Shown here piece after piece: positions 31,838 to 43,341 of a stretch of 64,000 bases of DNA. This stretch comes from Naegleria gruberi (lineage: Eukaryota). A program made the position numbers and the translations under genes. Under the pieces are notes generated by a model. The model was not told where the DNA came from, ran no database searches, and saw only the letters and a list, made by a program, of their open reading frames with translations. Every line of letters begins with the position of its first letter. Position 1 is the stretch's first letter. Location: NCBI GenBank assembly GCA_000004985.1, contig GG738868.1, one strand, 5' to 3'.

Positions 31838-32106
31838 ATTCAATCCTTCATTACTGGAATGAAACCTAACAACACAAAATACGAAAACACTTAGTAGAGG
31901 ATTAAGCAATTTGTACAAACTCGCATATTTTAATTTAAGGAATATTTCACATAAACACACAATAAAAGAACACAACTTTCTCAAATGAACCATTCCATGT
32001 ATGTGAATAGGAAACTCAATTCAACAAATCCTTGCTGGACACGTTAAACATCACCCATTATTACTGAGGTTTTGAAACTTGCAAATTAATTTCCAATTAC
32101 AAAAAA

Positions 32107-33672
32107 ATGCCACCACGAAGAAAGGGACGAACTCTCTCGGTAGTTGGTTCGAGTCGTGGTGATGAAGCTGATCAGAGTAATTCATCCTCATCATCCACAT
32201 CGACTGAATTGCAAGCTTATCTATCACCAACTAAATCAACTTTGGATGAGGAGGAAAATTCTTCTACAAATTCACCAAATCATATTAGTAATAATAATAA
32301 TAATAATAGCCATAATAACTCTCCCTTGACAGCTATAACAACACGAAATACCAATAATAATAATAATTTATTTGTGAATAATAATTTAAATAATCAACAA
32401 CAACAACAACAATATCAGAGGAGTTTTATGAGTTCGAGTCCAAGTGCGAATAGTCTTCTTTTTGGAGCCAATCATCATGTTATTCGTCCTACTAATTTTA
32501 CAATCCACCAACAACAACAACAACAAACAACAACAAACAATGATAGGACAGATTCAGATCATTCCGAATCATTTTTGAGTAGGAGAACATTTTCAGTAGA
32601 TTCATTTTCGGATAAAGGTGATAATGATGCTTATTTATCACCATGCTCGGATGAGGACGATTCAAATCCAAGTGGTTGGAAATCACCACTCTCTGCTCCA
32701 GTTAGGGTTGTGGATATTGCATCTCTCATTCCAGAAGAAATTGAGTATCCAGAAGATGATGACGTGGATGTTGACCCTGAATTGTTGGTCATTCGTTCCA
32801 AGTTGAATACTTCCGATATTCATGACTCAGATGCAATTGATCTCGTCATTGAGAATTCAAAGAAAAAGATTCCTACTAAAAGTCCAAGATCCAAAATAGT
32901 TGATGAAACACCATTCTTCCAAGCTCATATTCACTACGACGATGATGATAAGCAGACGAATAATATTGAAAAGGTTACCACAACTTGTTGTGGTTGTTTT
33001 CTTGAAAAAATCCCAAAAGGAATTAGAACTAGAGTTGGATATTGTGGAAAGAAAGTTTGTGCACCTAGATTTAGTGTCAGTATTGGACTATTTATTGCCT
33101 TTAATACAGTAGCATTTATTTTGGCTGTCTTTGGTATTGCTGTACTAGGATTGAGTTATGGAGATTATCCTAAAATGCAAAGGGATCCAAATGCTATTGC
33201 TTACCTACATAGGGGATGTTGTGAAGTTTTTCTACAGGAAAAACACAGTACAGTCGATAATGGATATCCCTACGATGTCTATTTAAGAGTACCCATTCTA
33301 GGATTTTCATCAATGACTGAGGAACAGCTTGAAAAAAGAGGATATGATATTAAATGTGAATATAATCAGTATTCACATAGAATATTCGATTTACACATTG
33401 CTGGAAGTGCTCAAAATTTTACAAATAGATCCTTTGTCGATTGTTTTACAGATAAGGAGGAATTAGTAGTCTATTTGGAACCTTACAGTTACATGTATGA
33501 GGTGTTTCATTTTGTTGGCATTGTTTCTCTTGTTCTCTCCTTTTCACTATTCTGTTTGGCATTTTGTAGCTTTGGTCTTGCATGTATTGCCTTCAGAAAG
33601 AGAAAGAAGAACTCCTCAGCAAAACGTACAGGTTGTTGCAGTTCAATTCGATTATTCTTGTGTTGTAAATAA
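32107..33672 (+). CDS. hypothetical S/N/Q-rich protein with two C-terminal TM segments
   Basis: ATG at 32107. Long N/Q homopolymers. TM segments are SIGLFIAFNTVAFILAVFGIAVLGL and VFHFVGIVSLVLSFSLFCLAFCSFGLACIAF. The tail is Cys-rich (GCCSSIRLFLCCK), a palmitoylation candidate. Confidence 0.45.
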   Translation: MPPRRKGRTLSVVGSSRGDEADQSNSSSSSTSTELQAYLSPTKSTLDEEENSSTNSPNHISNNNNNNSHNNSPLTAITTRNTNNNNNLFVNNNLNNQQQQQQYQRSFMSSSPSANSLLFGANHHVIRPTNFTIHQQQQQQTTTNNDRTDSDHSESFLSRRTFSVDSFSDKGDNDAYLSPCSDEDDSNPSGWKSPLSAPVRVVDIASLIPEEIEYPEDDDVDVDPELLVIRSKLNTSDIHDSDAIDLVIENSKKKIPTKSPRSKIVDETPFFQAHIHYDDDDKQTNNIEKVTTTCCGCFLEKIPKGIRTRVGYCGKKVCAPRFSVSIGLFIAFNTVAFILAVFGIAVLGLSYGDYPKMQRDPNAIAYLHRGCCEVFLQEKHSTVDNGYPYDVYLRVPILGFSSMTEEQLEKRGYDIKCEYNQYSHRIFDLHIAGSAQNFTNRSFVDCFTDKEELVVYLEPYSYMYEVFHFVGIVSLVLSFSLFCLAFCSFGLACIAFRKRKKNSSAKRTGCCSSIRLFLCCK

Positions 33673-33964
33673 ACCAAAAAAAGGACAAGTGAGAACAACA
33701 ACAATCACTAGTACAGGTGCATTTGTGAACAAATGTCCAAGAGAAGAGCCGAGACCGATCCACAAGTACTGGCAAAGGAGAGGAAGTTGCCATCCAGCAC
33801 AGCACACTTTATCACCAGATGTTATTCATCAAATTTCATTATTTGTGAATTTCTTTGATGGAAACAAGTTAAAACATGTCGATACAGAGAATGAAGAAGA
33901 GGTTGAAGATGATAATGAAAATAATAGCACACCAACATTTGATGAGCAATTTAATTTGTTGAAC

Positions 33965-35052
33965 ATGATGCTAATTGATTCACAATGGAATCAAGTGTTG
34001 AATTCCGATGAATATTACAAGGATATAATTTCAACGTTCTTATCCCAAGATGTAGCACCACACTATTTCAAAGTACCAGGTTATGGAAGAAAGAAATTGG
34101 ATGATTATGAAGTTTTAATAATGAAGGGAATTTATCAATCATGGAAAGAATTATTTGTTAATTTGTAAGTTTTTCATGTGTTCAAAATCTGATTAAACAT
34201 CTTGATAGATTCTTTAGAAAATTCGAAACATTTAATGAACAATACCATCAGGCAGAGACTATTCTTGCATTTGAACAAAATATCAGATACGGAAGTGAAA
34301 AGGAAGATGACGAAGAAGAAGTGGAGGATAATCAAGACGAGGAGAGCAATGAAAAAACCAACTTGACCCTATTATTGAAAGAAGAGGCAACTCTTTGCAT
34401 TAAAGCAATTGAACAATCCAATGACACAACAGATTCCCTTCCTATTGGATCTTCTAAATTTGGAGGTAGACCTGATTTACCAAATGATTGTGTGTGGCCA
34501 ACTATGAAGAATGATTCAACAACACACATGATTTTTGTTGGTCAAATTAACTTGAAAGACTTGAAAAATTGTCATGCACCTAAGGGTGTATTACCAGTAA
34601 CTGGTTGGATGTTCTTCTTTATGGATTGGGGAGTTAATGGAGATTACTTTTCATTTTATTGGAATGGACCGGAATCTGAACTAAAAAGACATGACATGCC
34701 AGAGAAAGTGTACAACGATACCAAGTCTTTAAAATCAGTTTCCTTAAGTTTTGAAGAAATTGTTCAACCTTTAAAGAAGAGTTCTATTGAAGAGCATGAA
34801 TTACCTGAGGATGAAGAAGTTTTACTGCCTGTTGGTGGTTTTTCCTCAATACTGGGCTATCCTATGGCTTTCCAAGATGATGGAAATTACCTTCATACTA
34901 GTGGAAAGGTTTTCCTTTTCCAATTCAGTGGTTCAAACCAAGTAGACATTGATATGGGTGATGCCAACTTTTATTATTGTGCAAATATTGAAGATTTTTG
35001 TGGAGAAAAGACCCAGTCCAAGGTTGGTATTTATTCTGAATTCCAATCTTAA
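33965..35052 (+). CDS. DUF1963 (YwqG-like) domain protein; predicted 5' exon joined by a 44-nt intron
   Basis: Main exon 34209..35052. DUF1963 signatures: SKFGGRPDLPNDCVWPT...HMIFVGQINLKDL...LPVTGWMFFFMD ... VGGFSSILGYPMAFQDD...LFQFSGSNQVDIDMGDANFYYCANIEDF. The upstream ORF (frame ending ...SWKELFVN) terminates at a TAA that overlaps a GTAAGT donor at 34165. The acceptor ...cttgatAG at 34207-34208 restores the frame (phase 2). The upstream exon start (ATG 33965?) is uncertain. Confidence 0.5.
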
Positions 35053-37250
35053 GCTGCTAACACGACATCCATATCATTCTTATCTACTTGAATTCTAATT
35101 GGTTCCATAAATCCATAATGGATCATTAATCTATACCATACATTCCATAACCATTGCTTGTATTCATAAATAAAGAGAATGGTTTCGAAATGTAAATATT
35201 GAGAATGTTGTTGATATTTCAATTTCATGTAATTCCACATTGACAAATTTTCACTCAAAGGTTTGCCTTCTTGACAAGCACTAAGAGTGTCTGGAAGAGA
35301 TTTAGAATGATACATTCCTCTTGATGCAATTCTTGCATTAATGACATATCTATTAACAGGAACTCCCATCGATTGATTAACATATCTCAATAAATTATTG
35401 GTTCTCATAATTAACAACATTTCTGTTGGCATATTTCTGACCATTTGTTGGAACTTGTCCATTCTGTGCTTGATAATTCCCTTAAAGAAGGTTTCAAATT
35501 CTGCCTTTGTTCCATGAGATGACAATCCAATACCACTCTTCTCATCATAACCTCTCATTAAAATCAGAGAGGCATACAATTGAGAATCATCAATACCCAA
35601 ATCTTTACAATATTGGTCAACAACTGGCTTGTCATGCATTACCAAAGCTCTCCAAAATCTTGCAAATTTCACTCTGAAATCTGGATCCAATGTCTGATAC
35701 AAACCATGATCGAGTAGGACAACCTGTGAATGATTTGGATTTTTGGGATGAGCCCTCACTAGAATATTCCCAGGATGTGGATCAGTGTGGACGAAACCAA
35801 ACACAAAGATCATCTTGGCAAATATACTCATAGTTGTCTTGGCAGATTCGACCATTCTCTTATGATCCATATGTTTGGTAATAGATTCAATGTCACTAAT
35901 TTTCCATCCATCGATAAATTCCATTGTGAGAACTCTTTTTGAAGAGAGTGGTGAAACAATTTTAGGAATGTAGAGACTTTGGGTGATTCCTTCTTCCTCC
36001 TTCTCAAATAATTTTCTAATCTTGTTTGAATTTTCATGTTCAATGTGAAAATCCAACTCTTGATTCAGAGTATCGTCCAACATTTTGCCCATCCATGAAA
36101 TGTTATAATGAGGAAAGAAGAAGTGAATAATCTCCATGGCAGCTTGCTTGGCAATCATATCTCCCTTATAGAAATAACGAATGGATGGATATTGAATTTT
36201 CACAGCAACTGTCGATCCGTCCAATTCAGTTCCTTTCAGTGATTCAATAGCCCCTTTTCTGAGCTTTGCCTTGTGTACTTGTGCCAAACTTGCTGCAGCA
36301 ATTGGCAATTCGTCAAATGACTCGAAAATATCTTCCAATTTCCTATCCTTCAATTCTGGATGTTTGTGAAATTCTTCCTCAAACATGAGCCTGATTTCTG
36401 ATAAATCTGCCTGATAAGGAACCTTATCTTGCAAGACTTGGAGTGTCTCTGTCCATGCATCTGGTAAGAAATTGGTCATTGAGGACATGTACTGACCAAC
36501 CTTGATGAAAATTCCTCCCAGATCAATAAACAAGTTCAAAAATTTGGTGGCACTTCTCTTGTGGGTCTGATAGATGAGAGTTTTTGTCTCATCAAACTCT
36601 TGATACTTTCCTTCGAGTGAATCTTTCAATCTCTTTTCACTTTCGATTAATTCCTTATCCCACTCATCACTTCCCATATTGTTGAGATAATCGTACAAAC
36701 AACTAATTCCCACAAATCCCACTCGTGAAAATCTATAAGTTCCCTCCAATAATTGAATGAAATTTGCAACTAGATGCATAATTTCATGTTCCACCTTGTC
36801 AAGAAAATCCAAATTTGAATGATGCTCTCCTTTCACATCATGTTGTGAATAATGCCAAAGAAAATTTCTAAATTTCATCATGTGTGGTTTCATTGGTTTT
36901 TCTAAATACTTTTCATAAACCAAAATCAAGTAATAAATAACAAATAAATTAAACAGTAAATTATTAAATCTCATAAATTTTGATTTCCTTCTTGAATTTT
37001 GTTCGGACTTTTCATTGTTTTTTGAAATTTGTCCATCATTCAATTTATTCTCTTCTCTTGGTTGATGATTATTCAAAAGGATTTGCTCAGAGTTATGAAA
37101 CTCTCTCGTTCGGAACAAATCAAACTTTGTATTCATGAATAATTTTGTCATCTTTGAATTATTCTTCATTAAACATGATAATTTTCTCTTCCCTAATCCA
37201 CTCAACACTGCATTTGAAAGTGAGAGGGTATTTCCTTGTCGTTTCATCAT
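35049..37250 (-). CDS. ABC1/ADCK (UbiB/aarF-domain) atypical protein kinase
   Basis: ATG at 37248-37250. ABC1 motifs present: IAAASLAQVHKAKLRKG...VAVKIQYP, and GFVHTDPHPGNILV ... VVLLDHGLYQTLDPDFRVKFARFW (catalytic HxDxHPGN and DHG). Confidence 0.85.
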   Translation of the reverse strand: MMKRQGNTLSLSNAVLSGLGKRKLSCLMKNNSKMTKLFMNTKFDLFRTREFHNSEQILLNNHQPREENKLNDGQISKNNEKSEQNSRRKSKFMRFNNLLFNLFVIYYLILVYEKYLEKPMKPHMMKFRNFLWHYSQHDVKGEHHSNLDFLDKVEHEIMHLVANFIQLLEGTYRFSRVGFVGISCLYDYLNNMGSDEWDKELIESEKRLKDSLEGKYQEFDETKTLIYQTHKRSATKFLNLFIDLGGIFIKVGQYMSSMTNFLPDAWTETLQVLQDKVPYQADLSEIRLMFEEEFHKHPELKDRKLEDIFESFDELPIAAASLAQVHKAKLRKGAIESLKGTELDGSTVAVKIQYPSIRYFYKGDMIAKQAAMEIIHFFFPHYNISWMGKMLDDTLNQELDFHIEHENSNKIRKLFEKEEEGITQSLYIPKIVSPLSSKRVLTMEFIDGWKISDIESITKHMDHKRMVESAKTTMSIFAKMIFVFGFVHTDPHPGNILVRAHPKNPNHSQVVLLDHGLYQTLDPDFRVKFARFWRALVMHDKPVVDQYCKDLGIDDSQLYASLILMRGYDEKSGIGLSSHGTKAEFETFFKGIIKHRMDKFQQMVRNMPTEMLLIMRTNNLLRYVNQSMGVPVNRYVINARIASRGMYHSKSLPDTLSACQEGKPLSENLSMWNYMKLKYQQHSQYLHFETILFIYEYKQWLWNVWYRLMIHYGFMEPIRIQVDKNDMDVVLAA

Positions 37251-37454
37251 TTTTTTATTTTATTTATTTGATTGTGTTGTTTTTAAGAATGTATCTGGAA
37301 TTAATCTCAATTTCGGAGGAATGGATTGGAATTGAAGCGACACAGTAGCGAAAAATGTCATCAAGTATGCCACAATTTTAACAAGAAGTGTTTTGAAGGA
37401 TAATAAAAAAGCCAACTTCCTTCAAGTATCATTCCTTAATCAATCCAAAATAAT

Positions 37455-37528
37455 TGCCTCCCTTGGGAATCGAACCCAAGACCTCTGTCTTACTAGGACA
37501 GCGCTACTGCCAACTGAGCTAGGAAGGC
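37455..37528 (-). tRNA. tRNA-Thr (anticodon AGU)
   Basis: The revcomp is GCCTTCCTAGCTCAGTTGGCAGTAGCGCTGTCCTAGTAAGACAGAGGTCTTGGGTTCGATTCCCAAGGGAGGCA. The acceptor stem has 7 bp (one G-U). Anticodon stem CTGTC/GACAG with loop CTAGTAA gives anticodon AGT. T arm is TTGGG-TTCGATT-CCCAA. Confidence 0.8.
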
Positions 37529-37576
37529 TTACATTCAAGTTGAAAATTAACCTCTGATATTCCTGGCAAATACTAT

Positions 37577-39157
37577 TTAATTTTTATTAAGAAAAGTATT
37601 TTCCCATTCTTTCATTGGAATATAACCTCTCGTTGATTTTTCTCTCATAACAGATAAATATTGTACAGGAAACTCAGCACAAGCTATTAAATGTTTTGGA
37701 AGATACAATTGCCCACCATATTCATGTTCCATTCTGATTTGATACAATTCTTGAAAGTAATGGTTATTTTGAGCATATCCATTTTGCTTGACCGCTTCAA
37801 TTCTCATTTCTAAAGTTGGTGAATTAACATATCTTAGAGCTAGACCATTTTGTTTGACAGCTATTATACAAAGTTCTGGATCAGATCTCACCGAATAATT
37901 AAAATACTGAATACTGGTTCCATTCTGTTTGAGCATTTTCTTAATAAAATCTCTATCTTTTCTAATTGGATTCTGACTTGGAATAAACTCTATAAAACTC
38001 TTATTCGCATGTCTAGACGCCATTTCAATCATATCAGGATCATTTCTTAAATCCGTACAAGCAAATTCATATATTATACAAGAGCTCTCCAAAGCTTTCA
38101 TCAATAATTTCTTATTGTTAAGAACTAAACTCTGAATTGTTGCAAGCCTATTGTAAAACACAAAGCAAGGCCAGGAATCTTGCTTGTAATACTTACTAGC
38201 AGCTTCAAGTGCTTCAATATTCATATCATGATTGGACTGAAATTCCTTGGAGGCATGGCACACTTCTAAGGCACATCTATTGATTGCTTTGCTCACTAAT
38301 TCTCTATCATTTTTGAATTCTTCTGAAACATATTTCAAGAAGTTAATCCCATCTGGATGACATGGTTGAATTAAATCGAGTAGCTCCATCACCATTTGTT
38401 TGTTGTTTCTTATTCTTTCAGAAACATGGATTAAACTTGGTAATTTGATCATGGAAGCACGGACAATCTCAATATCGTCTTTAAATTGTTTTGGAAAATA
38501 ATGCAAACAATCAAAATTTGAAACCAGTAACAGAGCACACTTCTTACTATACAGTACACTATCGGGAAGCCAATTAAACTGAATTTCCTTCCTCATATCA
38601 ATGGCTTGTTTGATAATTTCCACACTTTCATCTTCATTCTTTCCATTAAAGTCTTGAAATTCTAAACGACCTCTGTGAAAGAGTTTCAGAGCATCCTTAT
38701 TCAAAGCAACATCGTAATCTGTCAAATTATTCTCTAATGCAGCCTTGCAAATCATATAATTCTCGCGAATTCTCTTGGAACCATATGCAAGTGCTTTTCC
38801 ATCAAATGAAACACTATTAAGCATAAATTCATCATTATCCAATAAACAATCTGTTGAGGAATATAACTGAATAGCCTGTAATAGAGATCTATTGGTAGAA
38901 CTATCTCCATCGCTTGATAAGCTAGTTAATTGCTTCCTTAATATCATTCTATCGTTATGAAACTCTATCGGAATGTGAAATTCACTCATTTCTCGATAAT
39001 CTGTACAAAAAGCCTGTGTAAGAACTTCATCCCTCCGATTATTCCACTTGATAAACATTTTTCTCTGCTGTGAAAACTTGTTTAAAAGTAACCGATTAAG
39101 GGTTTCGTTTTTATGAGTCGTTTGTGTGAAATCGACTAGTAGAAGACAAACAGTCAT
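37577..39157 (-). CDS. DUF4116 repeat protein
   Basis: ATG at 39155-39157. The C-terminal half has tandem roughly 30-aa repeats of the DUF4116 type (PELCIIAVKQNGLALRYVNSPTLEMRIEAVKQNGYA; MICKAALENN...; ELVSKAINRCALEVCHASKEF). Confidence 0.55.
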   Translation of the reverse strand: MTVCLLLVDFTQTTHKNETLNRLLLNKFSQQRKMFIKWNNRRDEVLTQAFCTDYREMSEFHIPIEFHNDRMILRKQLTSLSSDGDSSTNRSLLQAIQLYSSTDCLLDNDEFMLNSVSFDGKALAYGSKRIRENYMICKAALENNLTDYDVALNKDALKLFHRGRLEFQDFNGKNEDESVEIIKQAIDMRKEIQFNWLPDSVLYSKKCALLLVSNFDCLHYFPKQFKDDIEIVRASMIKLPSLIHVSERIRNNKQMVMELLDLIQPCHPDGINFLKYVSEEFKNDRELVSKAINRCALEVCHASKEFQSNHDMNIEALEAASKYYKQDSWPCFVFYNRLATIQSLVLNNKKLLMKALESSCIIYEFACTDLRNDPDMIEMASRHANKSFIEFIPSQNPIRKDRDFIKKMLKQNGTSIQYFNYSVRSDPELCIIAVKQNGLALRYVNSPTLEMRIEAVKQNGYAQNNHYFQELYQIRMEHEYGGQLYLPKHLIACAEFPVQYLSVMREKSTRGYIPMKEWENTFLNKN

Positions 39158-39427
39158 TTTTTTAAAGTTGCTATTATTGATTTTACAACTATTTTATTGG
39201 TAATAAGCGAAGTTAAAAAGACTACAGCACCACAGGTTCCCAAGTTGTCTCCAACCTCAGTACTGATGTGGCTCGACGATGCTTAACTTCTCAAATCGGA
39301 CGGGATGAGGTGCATTCATCGTGATATGGCCGTAGCCATCCATAACACCAATTTTTCGATCTTCAAATCATACCAAGGTCAGAGCGAAAGATAAGGATGG
39401 GATGAAGGTTGTGAAAAATATTACAAT

Positions 39428-42329
39428 TTATTCATCATCTTCATAGTCATCATCTTCATAATCACCTTCCTCATCATCCTCATCGTGATTAATACTGTGT
39501 TTGAAAGCAGCTTCTTCCTCCAATTTCTTTACCTTCATTTCAATAGCTCTTTGCTCCAAAACACAATCTGAGAAAATTTCGGCAATCTCTGCCAAGACTT
39601 CAAAATCCACTTTTTGTAACTCTTTTGCTGCACCTTCTAACTCATCACAGCTGAATGCTCCACTCGATACAAGTCTTCTGACATATTGTAACAAACTCTC
39701 TTTCAAAGAAATGTCTGCTATAAAATCGGCCATTGAATAAATATCAATAATGTACTGAGTAATGGTTTCTTGATTAATCTCAAAGGAAGGATTAATGTCA
39801 GTAGTGTCGCAAGTTGGAAAAGCAGATTTACATAAGATTACATTTTCAAAATCCACATCGTTAGTGTATGCAAAGTATACTAAGGCTGCTACAGAAATTA
39901 ATGGATGGGCTTGGTCTTGCAAATAAAATATCATTGAGACATCTGAAATATCAATCACATTACTTTCATCCACAACCATATTGTTGAACAAGTTGTTAAA
40001 ATATTCATAACGAATACAAAGGAGTGCCTTTGGTACTGTAATTTTCCAAGTTTTGTCTTCAAATGTCAAAGATAAAGTAGCGTTAGTGTTGATTTGTGAA
40101 TATTGAAGAGAGCTATCCATAAGCATGGAGAAATTAGTGTACATGTATTCTCTTGCCAATCTTACTCTCTTAGTTTCATAGCTATCGATCTGAGAAGTGC
40201 AACAGAGCTTGAAAAAGGAAATTTCTTCTTCTGAGAACCCTTTTTGACTGAGGAAGATATCAATATGTTTCTCTCGTGTTTCGTTGATTGTTGGGAGTAC
40301 ATTAAAGGATAAATAATTAGCAGTTAAAATTGCCAAATCTTTCAAGATAGCATCATTTGAAAGTTTAAGCTTGTCCCAAATAATCTTGAAAAGAGAAATA
40401 CCCTTCCTGATATCAATTGATATATATAATAACTTTCTTAAATAATCAATCATTTCTTGAATGCCAATAGAACAGACAGCTGAATATATCTCTATAAAGT
40501 CTTTAAAAATTGGCGTGTCTTTTTCATGATATGGAAGACTGACATCATTTGGGGTTAACTCAATACCATAGCAATACCTTAGTAAACACTTCAATGTCAA
40601 TGTAGTAAAGTGTGTAGTGTCAAGCTTTTTCTCAAACAATTCTCTAAAATATTGAATATGGGATAGCATGAATTTGTGGCATAGGAATCTGTCACCATCA
40701 GTTGATACTAGGGTATAATCTGAATAATTGTTTTCTTTAAGTAACTTCATGGACAATTCCTCAAACACAGCATCAGTAGAAGCACTTTTAGTTGGATCAA
40801 TAAGTAGAGAAGGGTCGTTTTGATAATCAAAGTGAGTCAAATCAAAAGTAAGAAGGGAAGAATCATAATCAGAATAACCAGTTTTGCCAGTTTTACCTCC
40901 AAAGCTAAGAAATTTCTTAGATAATGTTGTAGGATAAGAAGAAATCATTGGTCTGGAAAATGTGGTCATACTATCTCCATAATCATAGAATAAGCAGTTA
41001 GATTTAAAGTTAATATCATTATAACCAATACATAATCCAATATTTCCTCCTCTGTAAATTATTTCATCGTCGGTCAGTATTTTCTTTTTTAATTTTCTCT
41101 CCTTGCCTAGAGTAATTCTCTTCAAAGAAGATTTTTCATTCTCTTCTTCTCTCTGAATATCAAGCATTGAAAGTGAATCATCAACTAGTTTACAATTTTT
41201 CCAAATTTCTTCCTCAATGTTATATATTTGAGTATCTTTAAATCTATTTATGTCGTTTCTTCCACCATGAAGAATTAGGTATTCATATTGTGATTCAAAG
41301 TTATGATTGAACTTCATAGTCTTTGAAATAAACTTTGGTTTTCCATAAGATTGAAATGATGATAATCCAGCTGCAAATCTAGCATCTGGGAAAGAGTAGT
41401 TACAATCAACACTGAACCAAGTCTTACAATTAAAGTCAAAATATTCCAACAAGTTAAGTGAAGAGCTACTCGCATAGTAATGGTCATTACTTGTTCTTCC
41501 ACCAAAAATAAAGAACTTATTCAAGACCATTGCAGAACAAAGTACATGCCTGGAACTTGGTTTCTTACCTGCCAACACCTCGACATCCTTCCAAAGCAAA
41601 TCTCTAAAATCAAATTCAATAAAATCATCGAATTCAAAAAGTGATCCCTCACCCCCAAACACTACAAATCCCGATTGATCTGATTTCAATTCCATAGCAT
41701 GAGCATATCTTTTACAATCACCAATAGGAACAACTGTCTCAAAAACACTTTGATAATGGACTTTCCTCTCGTGTGGATAAGGGTAACCAGTTAGATTTCC
41801 AGTTGCTTGCCTCCAGTTAGTTAATCCTGTGTCACCAAGATGTGTTTTCCACTTGAATGTATTCAAATCCAATTTAAAAACGCCAATATCTAGAAATTGA
41901 TATCCCATATTGCTCTAAATGAATCATTCAGAAATGCAAAATGAAAAATAAACTCACCACATTACCACCAAAGAAATAGATTGCATGATCAGCTCTTCTA
42001 TAAACACATTTCATTCCCCATGCCTGACGAATTGCTGAATTATTAACAGAGTGTTGTTGCCAAACACCTGTTCTCAAATCTAATTCAAATACTTCAAGAT
42101 CTCCACTCACAACATGTTCTTCAACAACACCACCCATACAGAAGAGTGAATGTCTCGGAGGACAAGCCACAAGAGCAATTTGAGATCTTTGTGAAGGAAC
42201 TTTGCCTCGTTGTTGTTCCGCTGTAAATTTTCGATAGGGAATAAATGGATCGGAGCAAATATCATTCATGAAGCGAGACGAAGTGGTCGAACCAACACTA
42301 ACACTCTCGCTTTGATAATTTGATGACAT
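39428..42329 (-). CDS. Kelch-repeat protein with two C-terminal BTB/POZ domains and acidic tail, 2 exons (about 952 aa)
   Basis: Exon 1 is about 41958..42329 (ATG 42327-42329; MSSNYQ...IYFFGGNV). A 43-nt intron (GTGAGT...CATTTAG) follows, then exon 2 is 39428..about 41914 (SNMGYQFLDIGVFKLD...). Kelch blades have GG/W spacing (FVVFGGEG, FIFGGRT, LILHGGRND). BTB1: DYTLVSTDGDRFLCHKFMLSHIQYFRELFEK. BTB2: WKITVPKALLCIRYEYFNNLFNNMVVDESNVIDISDVS. The tail is DEDDEEGDYEDDDYEDDE. My base count disagrees with the ORF table by 1 nt in this stretch, so splice coordinates are accurate only to +/-1. Confidence 0.75.
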
Positions 42330-42381
42330 TTTTTTAAAAATAAAAATAAAATTGAAGAAGTGATTATTAGACTTATTACAT

Positions 42382-43270
42382 TTATTGATTGGAATTTGAT
42401 TCAGTTGGAAGGAAGCGTTGAAGACAATTCGACACCATCATTTTACAACTCAATATGTGTCTGCCAATGAGAGCCAACTCTTCATTTGTAAGATCAGAGA
42501 AATCCTTTTGGTCAATATCAAATCTGTTCATGGGAGCTTTGTAAATTTTGAGGTCATCATTGTGCTCTCTCAGTTTTTGCAAATTTTCAACTGCTCCTGA
42601 CAATACTTCACATAATTTACCATCATCAATATCTTCATCTTTCTGGAGAAATTGGCATTCGTTCATCACCAGTATTCACTCTTTTAGCTTTTCTAAACAA
42701 CCTTAAATTCAATTCAATTGAAAAATTCTTCTCTCTATTGGTCAAGAGTTCGTACAAATTCGCCAAGTAATCTTTTCTTTCTTTTTTCAATTCTTCCTCT
42801 GTGAGAGTCATTTTGTTGATCAATTTGGATCGTTCACGAATACTTTGCTCCACTTTTTCTGTTTCTTGTTGCAAAGATGTAAGTTTTGTAATTAATCGTT
42901 GCAAGCTGAGTTTTGTGAAATTAAGTGAAGAATAAGGATGAAAGACTTCTGCTTGCAATGGTGGAAATGATGATTCTGAAGCTTCTGATGATGGAGAATA
43001 AGAAGTATCATCAGATTCATTGTCTTCATCGTTAAGTACTTCCTCCTCGCTTCACCTTCATCAGAGGAAGAATCATTTTGTTGATGTTGTTCTTGTTGTA
43101 TTTTACTCAAAGGAGGTTCTTTTGTGGGATTGATCATCTGTGTAGCAATGTTCCTCTTTGATTGTTGTCAAAAAACAGCTATTATCAGCAGAAACGTCTG
43201 CCTTCTTCAATTTAGAAGGCTTTTCTGCGTGATCATTGTCGGATACAGAAGCACTCTTTCTTTTGACCAT
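42382..43270 (-). CDS. hypothetical charged/coiled-coil protein; coding sequence broken across 4 frames (short introns or frameshifts)
   Basis: ATG at 43268-43270 (MVKRKSASVSDNDHAEKPSKLKK...). The table then shows successive ORFs 42892..43137, 42635..42958 and 42382..42669 in different frames. A candidate 37-nt intron (GTGAAT...TCTCCAG) would join ...RLFRKAKR to KDEDIDDGKLCEVLSGAVENLQKLREHNDD.... Other junctions are ambiguous. Confidence 0.3.
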
Positions 43271-43341
43271 TTTTTTTTAGAAAATATTTAACCAATTCCG
43301 CCCTTCATACACAAAATTTTGTTTTTCTTACGGAATTAAAT

